A stretch of DNA of 50,296 bases, from NCBI GenBank assembly GCA_038228785.1, contig JBBROZ010000001.1, positions 1 to 50,296 of the forward strand. Reading direction: 5' to 3'. The first letter of the stretch is position 1. The number at the start of each line of letters is the position of its first letter. Source of the DNA: Patescibacteria group bacterium (lineage in GTDB: Bacteria > Patescibacteriota > Microgenomatia > Woykebacterales > JBBROZ01). This document shows, piece by piece, positions 17,060-25,102 of this stretch. The position numbers and the translations under genes are program-made. The notes beneath the pieces were generated by a model that was given only the letters and a program-made list of their open reading frames with translations, made no database searches and was not told where the DNA came from.

Positions 17060-17926
17060 ATGGCCAAACTCAGGGATGTCCACAAACAATTTGTCTCTCA
17101 CCTACAGGAGCGGAAACGCTCCTCAGCTACTATTTTGGCCTACGGCAAAGATATCGAACAGTTGGTTGGTTTCTTAGAAGACCTCCAAAAATCCGAATCC
17201 GCCGAAGTTAAAAAAGAAGACTTGGAAGCTTTCATGGCGACCCTTGAGAAAAAGGGTTACACTCCGAAATCAATCTCTAGGAAGACCAACTCCACTAAGA
17301 CTTTCTTTCGCTATCTTAAAATTAACGAATACGTTACCGACGATCCGGCCAGTCTTCTGGCGCACCCGAAATTCGATACTCCCCCTCCTCGGATCTTAAG
17401 TAAGCTAGAATATAGGGCTCTTCGCGACGCCGCCCGTCACGACACCAGAATTTCAACTGTGATCGAGATTCTACTGCAAACCGGCATCAGGATCGGCGAA
17501 CTAGCTAATCTTCATGTCAGTGACGTTGGCTTAGAAGGCAAGGAGCCGAGTTTACTGATCAGGGCTAACGAAGGACACGCCGAACGGACTATTCCCCTTA
17601 ATCCTTCCGCTCTCGAATCTCTCAAAAGATATCTCGGGGTGCGTCCCCAAGGCCAAGACGACACCTTATTTGTCACTAAAACCGGCCGTCCCCTTCTCAT
17701 CCGCAACATTAGAACGGCCATCGACCGTTACTTCAGACTAGCCGGGATCAAAGACGCTAAGGTCAATGACCTGCGCCACACTTTCGTCGCCCACCACCTG
17801 ATGGCTGGCAGTTCACTGGTCATGGTTAGTAAACTAGCTGGACACAAGCGACTGGCTACGACTGAGAAGTATTTGGAATTTATCAAAAACCACGCTGAAA
17901 AAGGCGTTAAACTAGGCGAACTGTAA
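17060..17926 (+). CDS. Tyrosine recombinase, XerC/XerD family
   Basis: Has an N-terminal SAM-like domain. Catalytic signatures are GIRIGEL (Arg), DLRHTF (HxxR) and GHKRLATTEKY (His/Tyr). Confidence 0.85.
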   Translation: MAKLRDVHKQFVSHLQERKRSSATILAYGKDIEQLVGFLEDLQKSESAEVKKEDLEAFMATLEKKGYTPKSISRKTNSTKTFFRYLKINEYVTDDPASLLAHPKFDTPPPRILSKLEYRALRDAARHDTRISTVIEILLQTGIRIGELANLHVSDVGLEGKEPSLLIRANEGHAERTIPLNPSALESLKRYLGVRPQGQDDTLFVTKTGRPLLIRNIRTAIDRYFRLAGIKDAKVNDLRHTFVAHHLMAGSSLVMVSKLAGHKRLATTEKYLEFIKNHAEKGVKLGEL

Positions 17927-17949
17927 ACTGCTTTAAAGCTGAAAAATAG

Positions 17950-17975
17950 AAAAAGCCCCCACCTGGGGGCTTTTT
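17950..17975. terminator. Bidirectional intrinsic terminator
   Basis: AAAAA-GCCCCC-ACCT-GGGGGC-TTTTT lies between convergent genes ending at 17926 and 17990. Confidence 0.7.
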
Positions 17976-17989
17976 CGTGCCTACTGCAC

Positions 17990-18736
17990 TTAGCGTCGTG
18001 CCCTCTTACGAGGAGCTGCTTGTGACGCGGCAACGACTTCTTCGCCCTTGCGAGTCAAGTCTTCTAAGACTCCTTTAGCCCAGGCTTGTCCGCCCAGACC
18101 AAACGATAGTCCTAACGCGACAGCCAAAGCTGCCACGAACCCAGTGAACAGGATTTCGATCAGACGGTTAGCGATACCTAGTTGCTCTAGGGCTAGTAAG
18201 CCCGCGAACACTAAGATCGACCACCTGGTGATCTTGGCCAATGAGTCGGCCGTTGAGATCGAGGCTGTCCGAACAGTCCCACGAACCAAATTTGCCAACA
18301 GGTCTCCAAGGAGAGCACCGACCATGACGATTACGATCGCCACGACGACGTTCGGGATGTAAAGCAGGATATTACCCAAGATAGCTGAAACTTGCTTTAG
18401 TCCGAGTGTATCGGCGGCGGCCAGAAAAGCCGTGATCAGGATAAACCAGTAGCCGATCTTGCCGACGACTTCAGCCGCGGTCAATCTAGCCCCGGTGTTT
18501 CGTAGAAATCGGTTGACCTCTAAACGGTCAGCGAGCTGATTGAAACGCACGGAGACCAAGAGTTTGGTCACCAGAGTGTCGATCAGGTTGGCGGCAATAA
18601 AGCCAACGACTAAAATAACGATTGCTCCGAGGAGCGAGGGAATAAAATTACCGATTGAACTCAAAATATTGGTCGCGCTGGTTAAAACAGCCTCGTCCCA
18701 AGTTTGAATTGTTGTAGTTAGATTCAATTGTGTCAC
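17990..18736 (-). CDS. Membrane protein with repeated conserved TM helices (MscS-N-terminal-like), basic C-tail
   Basis: The 248-aa product has 5-6 hydrophobic helices with repeated G/A-rich helix units. The family assignment is tentative. Confidence 0.55.
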   Translation of the reverse strand: MTQLNLTTTIQTWDEAVLTSATNILSSIGNFIPSLLGAIVILVVGFIAANLIDTLVTKLLVSVRFNQLADRLEVNRFLRNTGARLTAAEVVGKIGYWFILITAFLAAADTLGLKQVSAILGNILLYIPNVVVAIVIVMVGALLGDLLANLVRGTVRTASISTADSLAKITRWSILVFAGLLALEQLGIANRLIEILFTGFVAALAVALGLSFGLGGQAWAKGVLEDLTRKGEEVVAASQAAPRKRARR

Positions 18737-18832
18737 CCCCCTTCGTTAGAACTAGATGAAGGTATATCAAGTGATGGATCGCGGGGGCAGAACTATGTAT
18801 AAGTGTATCAAACTGGGTGGTAGGATTCAAAT

Positions 18833-18907
18833 TGGTGGAGCCGGAAGGGGTCGAACCTTCGACATAGTGTGTATAAGACACCCGCTCTACCACTGAGCTA
18901 CGGCTCC
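18833..18907 (-). tRNA. tRNA-Ile(TAT)
   Basis: Hand-folded as GGAGCCG-TA-GCTC-AGTGGTA-GAGC-G-GGTGT-CTTATAC-ACACT-ATGTC-GAAGG-TTCGACC-CCTTC-CGGCTCC-A-CCA. The anticodon is TAT. Confidence 0.85.
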
Positions 18908-18963
18908 GAGACGGAGCCGCAACGCAGACCTGTGGTCTGTGGAGACAGCTCCAATTGAATCGG

Positions 18964-18992
18964 ATGATACCATTTTAACCTTTTTTCTCCAA
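18964..18992 (-). promoter_or_regulatory. Candidate promoter of tRNA-Ile
   Basis: Minus strand reads TTGGAG (18992-18987), a 17-nt spacer, then TATCAT (18969-18964). Confidence 0.5.
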
Positions 18993-18993
18993 T

Positions 18994-19201
18994 AAAAACG
19001 AAAACCCCGGCCATGCGCCGGAGTTTCCGATGAAAAATAGTTTGATGAGTTCTCTCTGCCGTGGCGCAGAGAGCCTTAGGTAGTGAGGGCTGCCACCTAA
19101 GGGCTAGTTGTAACTTGGCTCCAGCTTGGAGCCAACCTCAAGGCGGACTTCTGTCTACCGACATGTAGACCTCCTTGATACTACGGTAGTATTACTACCG
19201 C
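18994..19201 (-). ncRNA. Candidate structured small RNA (class unknown)
   Basis: Five perfect hairpins lie at 19184-19200, 19153-19170, 19115-19135, 19074-19102 and 19052-19073. They are followed by its own terminator, a 7-bp stem (19005-19023) plus TTTTCGTTTTT. A possible promoter TTGATA-16-TAGCAT lies at 19235-19208. Confidence 0.35.
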
Positions 19202-19245
19202 ACAGTAATGCTATCACTTTCACGCTAAATATCAACACTCAAGCC

Positions 19246-19288
19246 AAAAAGAAAAGTCCGCCTCTATTCTTGCGAATTTAGGCGGACC
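19246..19288 (-). terminator. Intrinsic terminator of the LysM/deacetylase gene
   Basis: Minus strand has GTCCGCC...GGCGGAC with an inner ATTC-GCAA-GAAT stem, followed by TTTTCTTTTT. Confidence 0.6.
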
Positions 19289-19303
19289 TTCTCTACTCCT
19301 TCT

Positions 19304-20284
19304 TTAACAACTCCCTTTACCAGACAAGTAGGCCTCAACGGCGCCGGGAGAGTTTGGATTGAACATGTGCAGCAAGACTACGCCGTTGGGACGGATGGTG
19401 CTGACCAGGTCCTGAAGAATCCTGGAACACGACCTTTTTAGCCCCTCGGCACCACTATCTCCTCCGCTGGCAGTCCAAAGCATCTCTGTATAACCGTAGG
19501 CCGCGATCCGGACGCCAACTGTGGCATTGCGCGCGCCGTATGGTGGACGAAAATACCTGGCTCCCGGAGGACCGTTAACGATCTGATAGTTGATATCGGC
19601 CACACTCAGCTTGGTCAGATCGGCGTGCGATAGGGTGTGGTTACCAATACTGTAACCCGCCTGACGAATCGCGTTGACTAGATCTGGACGGCTATAGAAG
19701 CACTGACCCGTCATAAAAAAGATCGCCGATCCGATTCCGTGCGATTTAAGGACTTGGATGAATCGGCCCACGATTCCCTGCTGACCGTATTCGCAGTCAT
19801 CGAAAGTCCATAGTACTCCCGCGTAAGGGACGTAGCTAGCGACCACGGCAGCTGGTGGAGGTGTACTACGAGCTTGGACCAGCTTCGATACCCCACCTGA
19901 AACCAGAGACAGCTCATCGCCCACCAGTAGTTGATCGGGATTGACTTCCAGACCAGGATTTAGACCCACCAGTTGCTGCGCGGTCATACCGAAGTAACTA
20001 GCAATCGATGAAACGGTGTCTTGTGAACCCACGATGTAGCTACTGACTGCAGAGGGAGTAGCGATCGGAACAAGTGTGACGGTTGGGGTAGGGCTGGGCC
20101 TCGGAGCTTGAGTCGGGATCAGAGACGACGTCAGTGGCGAAGCGGACGCGGAATCCACTGCAACAGTCGGGGCCGGGGTAAGCGTCGCCGCCCCCTGAAC
20201 CACCGTCACTGATCCGATCGGAGCACTAGTGCATGAAACCAATAGCCAAACGACTGCAAGAACAGACGCCCTCTTAAAGTGCAT
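19304..20284 (-). CDS. Lipoprotein with LysM domain and NodB-type polysaccharide deacetylase domain
   Basis: The lipobox is LLVSC. The LysM segment is YIVGSQDTVSSIASYFGMTAQQLVGLNP. NodB motifs TFDDCEY and GNHTLSH are present. Confidence 0.85.
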   Translation of the reverse strand: MHFKRASVLAVVWLLVSCTSAPIGSVTVVQGAATLTPAPTVAVDSASASPLTSSLIPTQAPRPSPTPTVTLVPIATPSAVSSYIVGSQDTVSSIASYFGMTAQQLVGLNPGLEVNPDQLLVGDELSLVSGGVSKLVQARSTPPPAAVVASYVPYAGVLWTFDDCEYGQQGIVGRFIQVLKSHGIGSAIFFMTGQCFYSRPDLVNAIRQAGYSIGNHTLSHADLTKLSVADINYQIVNGPPGARYFRPPYGARNATVGVRIAAYGYTEMLWTASGGDSGAEGLKRSCSRILQDLVSTIRPNGVVLLHMFNPNSPGAVEAYLSGKGSC

Positions 20285-20334
20285 GTGATCTCCCTCGTAG
20301 CCTTTCTGGCTATTTTCTTAAAGCAAGTATAGGT

Positions 20335-20583
20335 CTAATTGGTGAGATTTAGAAGTTGGGTTAGTTTAGGTTGGTCGAAACCTAGAACGTAGTGACTGGC
20401 TCCGTCTTTTATAACTTCAGTCACCGGAACGCCCATCTGACCCGATTTGTGAACGAGTTCCTCGGCCTTAGCAGGGTCCTGGTCAACATAAATCTCCTCA
20501 AACTCGACTCCCTTTTCTTTTAGCCACTGGGTTTCCATATGACAATACGGGCAGGTGGTAGTTTTATATAGCTTGATTTTCAT
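20335..20583 (-). CDS. Glutaredoxin/NrdH-like small redoxin
   Basis: The 82-aa product has a CPYC active site and thioredoxin-fold length. Confidence 0.8.
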   Translation of the reverse strand: MKIKLYKTTTCPYCHMETQWLKEKGVEFEEIYVDQDPAKAEELVHKSGQMGVPVTEVIKDGASHYVLGFDQPKLTQLLNLTN

Positions 20584-21536
20584 TGGGCGGGGTTTAAGGG
20601 CTCCTTACCCGACAACACGGCGATAATGTTCTCGGCCGCGATCTTACTCATGGCGCTTCTGGCCTCAATGGTCGCCGAGGCGATATGGGGGGTCAAAACG
20701 ACATTTTTTAGCTCGGTCAAACCAGAGGCGAGCATGGGCTCATCTTCAAAGACATCTAGGCCGGCTCCGCCGATCACCCCGTTTTTCAGGGCCTCGACTA
20801 AGGCTGCTTCGTCGACAACTGGGCCTCGTGAGGTATTGATCAAAATTGCGGTTTTTTTCATCATGCCAAGTTGCCCGGAAGATATTAGATGCTTGGTTTC
20901 AGGTAGCAGCGGTACGTGAATCGTCACGACATCAGAGTTACTTAGTAGGGTCATAAGATCCACCATCTGCGCCCCGGTCTCTTTCTCAAATTCCGGGTTT
21001 GGGTGAACGTCTTGGTAGATAATTTTCATACCAAACCCATTTCCAGCTTTGGCGACATATGAACCGATCCGGCCAGCGCCAATAATGCCGAGAGTTTTAC
21101 CCATCAGCCCGGTTCCAATCAGCAGTTCCGGTTCCCAACCCTGATAACCACCACTCCGGACGTATTTGTCGGCCTCGATCAAACGCTTGGCTACGGCCAG
21201 GATTAAAGCGAAAGTGTGCTCGGCCACAGCTTCGGTCAAAACACCTGGGGTATTAGTGACGGCGATTTTGCGAGACATCGCGTCCGGTAAACTAATGTTG
21301 TCGAATCCGACGGCGTAGTTGGCAATTATTTTGAGCTGCTCCCCGGCCGCGTCCATCACTTCCCCATCAATCTTGTCGGTTAGTAAACTAAGTACCGCGT
21401 CCGCCCCGACAATGAAATTTTTTAACTCTTCTTTGTTTAGGACTCGTGGTTTAGGAGAAACGGATACATCAAAACCAGCGTTTTTTAGTAACTCTTCGGC
21501 CGGAGCTGGAATTTTTCGAGTTAGCACAACCTTCAT
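20580..21536 (-). CDS. D-isomer-specific 2-hydroxyacid dehydrogenase (glycerate/glyoxylate/hydroxypyruvate reductase type)
   Basis: The NAD motif is GIIGAGRIG. The catalytic region has R...E...H (TPHIAS). The product is 318 aa. Confidence 0.85.
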   Translation of the reverse strand: MKVVLTRKIPAPAEELLKNAGFDVSVSPKPRVLNKEELKNFIVGADAVLSLLTDKIDGEVMDAAGEQLKIIANYAVGFDNISLPDAMSRKIAVTNTPGVLTEAVAEHTFALILAVAKRLIEADKYVRSGGYQGWEPELLIGTGLMGKTLGIIGAGRIGSYVAKAGNGFGMKIIYQDVHPNPEFEKETGAQMVDLMTLLSNSDVVTIHVPLLPETKHLISSGQLGMMKKTAILINTSRGPVVDEAALVEALKNGVIGGAGLDVFEDEPMLASGLTELKNVVLTPHIASATIEARSAMSKIAAENIIAVLSGKEPLNPAQ

Positions 21537-22514
21537 CTAGATTTCCTTTACTTTTAGTTCGGGGTGTTCTTGGGTCAGGAGTAGCATTTCGTGCTTTTTG
21601 ACTAAACCTAGAATACCACCGACCTGACCAAGAACGTAAGCGGCATTAAAAGTCCCCCAACGCATCGCTTCTTTGATGGGCAGTCCGTAGTGGGTGGCCG
21701 CGATAAATCCGCTACTGTAGGAGTCTCCAGCCCCAGTGCGCTCCACCGCCGGGATATCGTAAATCCCGCAGGCGTAATAAGTAGTTCCGTCGTAAGCAAA
21801 CGAGCCGTTCGGTCCGTCGGTAACAACAGCTACTTTGGGACCTAGTTCCAGCAGAGCTCTTAGCAAGACTTTGATATCGGAGGTATTTTTACCGGTCAAT
21901 TCCTGGGTCTCTTCTTTATTTAAAAACATGACCTCGCAGCGCTCGGTAAACGGACGAAGCGCTGATCTACCCATCTGCAGTTGATAAGTGCCGGGGTTGA
22001 AAGCCAGTTTGAGGTCGTGAGATTTGACGAAACCTAGAATTTGACGATGAATACTGTCTAGTTGTGGCCCGAGCGGCCCCATCGAGGTTAGATAAAGCCA
22101 CTGTGTATTAGGCAGAGGTGGCAGACTATACTGCCTGGTCTGATGCCAAACGAAAATACTGCGTTCTTTTTGAAAAATTAAGACGGTACTCTGATTGGTC
22201 GGTTTTTTAAGATCAGTTCGGATGAATTGGCCAGCCACTTGTTCTTTCTCCAGCTCGTTTTTGATCCACCACCCGTCACTATCTTTGCCCACCATCCCGT
22301 AAATAGCCGTTTTTAATCCCAATCTAGACGCACCCACCGCGTTATTGGGGGCGTTGCCGGCCGGGAAACGAAAGAAAGCGTCGACTGGTATTTTACTACC
22401 GTAATCGATCACTAGTTGCTGGCGGTCGGGGTGGTGTTTAAGGGCCACTTCAGCGTCATGGATCCTAAGGAAATTATCGATTGTCAGGTCCCCGATGGTA
22501 ACCAAGTCGTACAT
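21537..22514 (-). CDS. PfkB-family sugar(-phosphate) kinase
   Basis: The ribokinase-like fold carries a C-terminal TGAGDS motif and an N-terminal GG-type motif. The substrate cannot be determined from sequence. Confidence 0.8.
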   Translation of the reverse strand: MYDLVTIGDLTIDNFLRIHDAEVALKHHPDRQQLVIDYGSKIPVDAFFRFPAGNAPNNAVGASRLGLKTAIYGMVGKDSDGWWIKNELEKEQVAGQFIRTDLKKPTNQSTVLIFQKERSIFVWHQTRQYSLPPLPNTQWLYLTSMGPLGPQLDSIHRQILGFVKSHDLKLAFNPGTYQLQMGRSALRPFTERCEVMFLNKEETQELTGKNTSDIKVLLRALLELGPKVAVVTDGPNGSFAYDGTTYYACGIYDIPAVERTGAGDSYSSGFIAATHYGLPIKEAMRWGTFNAAYVLGQVGGILGLVKKHEMLLLTQEHPELKVKEI

Positions 22515-23278
22515 TACTGCCCCCCAGCAAAAATTATCTCGTGCAGCCGCTGACTGATCTTATCTGGATCTTCGGCTTCCCAGATATCGCGCCCAATGGC
22601 CATCCCGGCGGCTCCCGAGGACATGACCCCGCGGGCTTGAGATAGGGTGTGAGCATCCGTGGTCCTCTCCCCACCAGACGACAGCACCAAGGTCTTGCCA
22701 GCCGACTCCACCACCCAACGAAATGTTTCGGCTGAACCAGTCCAGTGGACTTTAACGATATCGGCGCCAAGCTCCAGTCCCACCCGGGCCGCGTAAGCAG
22801 TCACATCGGGATCACTCGGGTCCTTAACTGCTTTCCCCCGGGGGTACATCCAGCCAATCAGCGCTAGACCGGCGGCGTGGGCCTCTTCTTCAATCCGTCC
22901 AAACTCTTTTAGCATTTCGGGCTCGTGCTCACTTCCAAGATAGACGGTGTAACCAACCGCGCTGGCGCCAAGTCTGACGGCCTCCGCCACTGAAGTCAGC
23001 TGCTCGCTGATCGGCTCGCCCTGGTAAAGCTTGTCCTTGCCGTTTAATTTCACGATCAGTGGAGCTTTCCGGTCTTGACCAACATAGTATTTCTCAGCCA
23101 AACCTTTTTGGACGATGACACCCGTGAAATAACCGTTATCAGCAATCTTAAAAATGTATTCGGGATCAACATTTTTGGCATTAAATTCGGTCGGCCCGAT
23201 CTCTAAACCCTGGTCGTAAGCCAAGAGCATCAACCGACCGTTTTTGGAAATCTTAGCGATATTATCTTCAACTTTCAT
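22514..23278 (-). CDS. Class I (archaeal-type, DhnA/FbaB-like) fructose-bisphosphate aldolase family
   Basis: The 254-aa TIM-barrel product has LIVKLNG and ADIVKV (Schiff-base Lys context) and GRDIW near the C-terminus. Confidence 0.75.
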   Translation of the reverse strand: MKVEDNIAKISKNGRLMLLAYDQGLEIGPTEFNAKNVDPEYIFKIADNGYFTGVIVQKGLAEKYYVGQDRKAPLIVKLNGKDKLYQGEPISEQLTSVAEAVRLGASAVGYTVYLGSEHEPEMLKEFGRIEEEAHAAGLALIGWMYPRGKAVKDPSDPDVTAYAARVGLELGADIVKVHWTGSAETFRWVVESAGKTLVLSSGGERTTDAHTLSQARGVMSSGAAGMAIGRDIWEAEDPDKISQRLHEIIFAGGQ

Positions 23279-24267
23279 TAAACCTTTCTAGCAAGCACTA
23301 GCTTGCACTTTTGGATAATTCCTTTACTCGTCATTCCCCACTTGTCCAAGAGCTCCATCGGTTGCCCTGATTCGCCAAAATGGTCCGGCATCCCAACCAT
23401 CTCGATGGGTACGGGGAGGTGTTTGCCAAGTAACTCCGAGATCGCCCCACCTAGACCGCCACTCACTTGGTGCTCTTCCACAGTCACCACAGCGCCAGTC
23501 TCGGCCGCGGCGTGACTAAGGGTCTTAACATCAAGCGGTTTAATGCTCGAACAGTTGATCACCCCAGCTTCGATCCCTTCGCTACTTAGCTCATCGGCGG
23601 CTTTGAGGGCTTCATAAACTAGGGCCCCACAAGCCATAATCGTCAGATCTCGGCCTTCCCGATAGACATCGGCTTGACCGATCTTAAAGGGCGTCTTCTT
23701 AGTGGTAAAAGCCGGGGTCTTCTCACGACCGAAACGGATGTAGGTCGGGCCCTGGTACTTAGCGGCCATTAACGTCATCTGGTAAGACTGTTCATAATCA
23801 CAAGGCGTCATGACGAGCATCCCCGGCAAGGCCCGAACCATGGAGAGATCCTCCATCGCCTGATGAGTCGCGCCGTCTGGTCCAACCGAGAGCCCGGCGT
23901 GCGCGCCAATAACTTTGACGTTGGCCCCCGAGTAAGCGACCGATACCCGCAGTTGATCCCAATTTCTACCTGGACTAAAGGTAGCATATGAGGCGATGAA
24001 CGGAACTTTACCGGACAAGGCTAATCCGGCCGCGAGGCCCATCATATTTTGCTCAGCCACCCCCACCTCAAAAAAGCGGTCGGGGAACACCTCACCAAAT
24101 TTGGCCACCCGGGTAGAATCGGCTAAATCTCCCGTCAAGACTACGACATTTTTGTCTTTTTTTCCGGCCTCGATTAAGGCGTCACCGAATCCGTCCCGGG
24201 CCCCCTTTAGAGGCAGCTCGGCCGAGAAAAGATTCGGGGCTAGGAAAGCGCTTTTATTCATGCTCAC
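23278..24267 (-). CDS. Transketolase, C-terminal (pyrimidine-binding) subunit
   Basis: Split transketolase. Motifs FEVGVAEQNM and GPDGATHQ are present. It overlaps the N-terminal subunit gene by 14 nt. Confidence 0.9.
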   Translation of the reverse strand: MSMNKSAFLAPNLFSAELPLKGARDGFGDALIEAGKKDKNVVVLTGDLADSTRVAKFGEVFPDRFFEVGVAEQNMMGLAAGLALSGKVPFIASYATFSPGRNWDQLRVSVAYSGANVKVIGAHAGLSVGPDGATHQAMEDLSMVRALPGMLVMTPCDYEQSYQMTLMAAKYQGPTYIRFGREKTPAFTTKKTPFKIGQADVYREGRDLTIMACGALVYEALKAADELSSEGIEAGVINCSSIKPLDVKTLSHAAAETGAVVTVEEHQVSGGLGGAISELLGKHLPVPIEMVGMPDHFGESGQPMELLDKWGMTSKGIIQKCKLVLARKV

Positions 24268-25102
24268 CGGTGATTCTTCCTCTCAAACTACGCAGTTCTT
24301 TTAGGGCTAATTTGGCCTGGTCTTTATCTGGTGGAATACCGTGCCATTTGAAGTCACTTTCCATGAAATCGACCCCCTTGCCAGGAATTGTGTGGCAGAT
24401 GATCACGGTCGGCTTTTCGTAGATCGCCTGAGCCTCACTGGCGGCGGCGATTATTTCTTGGAAATTGTGCCCATCAACCTCTAAAACGTGCCATCCAAAC
24501 GCTTCGTACTTCTCCCGGAAGGGCTCGAGTGGCATGATATTTTCGGTGAAGCCGTCGATTTGGATATTGTTACGATCGACCCAGGCCGTTAGATTATGCA
24601 GTTTATTTTTGCCAGCAAACATCGCCGCTTCCCAGGTCTGTCCCTCGTCGTGCTCCCCGTCACTAAGTAGCGCGTGGACACGCCATTTCTGGGCATCTAA
24701 TTTAGCGGCTAGGGCCATCCCAATCGCTTGGGACAGCCCTTGCCCAAGGGGGCCGCCGCTATTCTCTACTCCTGGCAATTCCCTGGCGTGGGGGTGACCG
24801 TGTAGTCTTGTGCCAAGTTTACGAAGGCTCAGCAGTTCTGAGACTGGAAAATAGCCCCGATGGGCCAGCGTGGCATACCAGACGGGACAAATATGACCAT
24901 TACTAAGCACTACCCGATCCCGACCTTCCCACCACGGCTGCTTGGGATTGATCTTTAGTATTTCCCAGTACAGGGCCGTGAAAACATCGGCCATTCCCAA
25001 GGGTCCGGCGGAGTGACCACTCCCGGCAGCTAGTAGCATTTTGATGATATCTTGGCGAATCAGATTAGCTGTCTGCGCCAGCGCAGTTTCGTTAATATTC
25101 AA
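24254..25102 (-). CDS. Transketolase, N-terminal (TPP-binding) subunit
   Basis: Motifs SGHSAGPLG, LSNGH and GDGEHDEGQ (TPP/Mg motif) are present. The product is 282 aa. Confidence 0.9.
   Translation of the reverse strand: MNINETALAQTANLIRQDIIKMLLAAGSGHSAGPLGMADVFTALYWEILKINPKQPWWEGRDRVVLSNGHICPVWYATLAHRGYFPVSELLSLRKLGTRLHGHPHARELPGVENSGGPLGQGLSQAIGMALAAKLDAQKWRVHALLSDGEHDEGQTWEAAMFAGKNKLHNLTAWVDRNNIQIDGFTENIMPLEPFREKYEAFGWHVLEVDGHNFQEIIAAASEAQAIYEKPTVIICHTIPGKGVDFMESDFKWHGIPPDKDQAKLALKELRSLRGRITGEHE

Noticed and set aside
17060-17926. Calling the recombinase an integrase of a prophage, ICE or genomic island
   Set aside because: There are no flanking direct repeats of a tRNA 3' end and no phage or conjugation genes adjacent. 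Its size and motifs fit a chromosomal XerC/XerD-type enzyme. Only the weaker inverted tRNA-fragment observation is reported.
19246-19262. GAAAAGTCCGCC resembling the RNase P RNA P4 motif (GGAAAGTCCGGGC)
   Set aside because: On the plus strand an RNase P RNA would have to run into the deacetylase CDS. The sequence is better explained as the A-tract plus stem of the minus-strand terminator.
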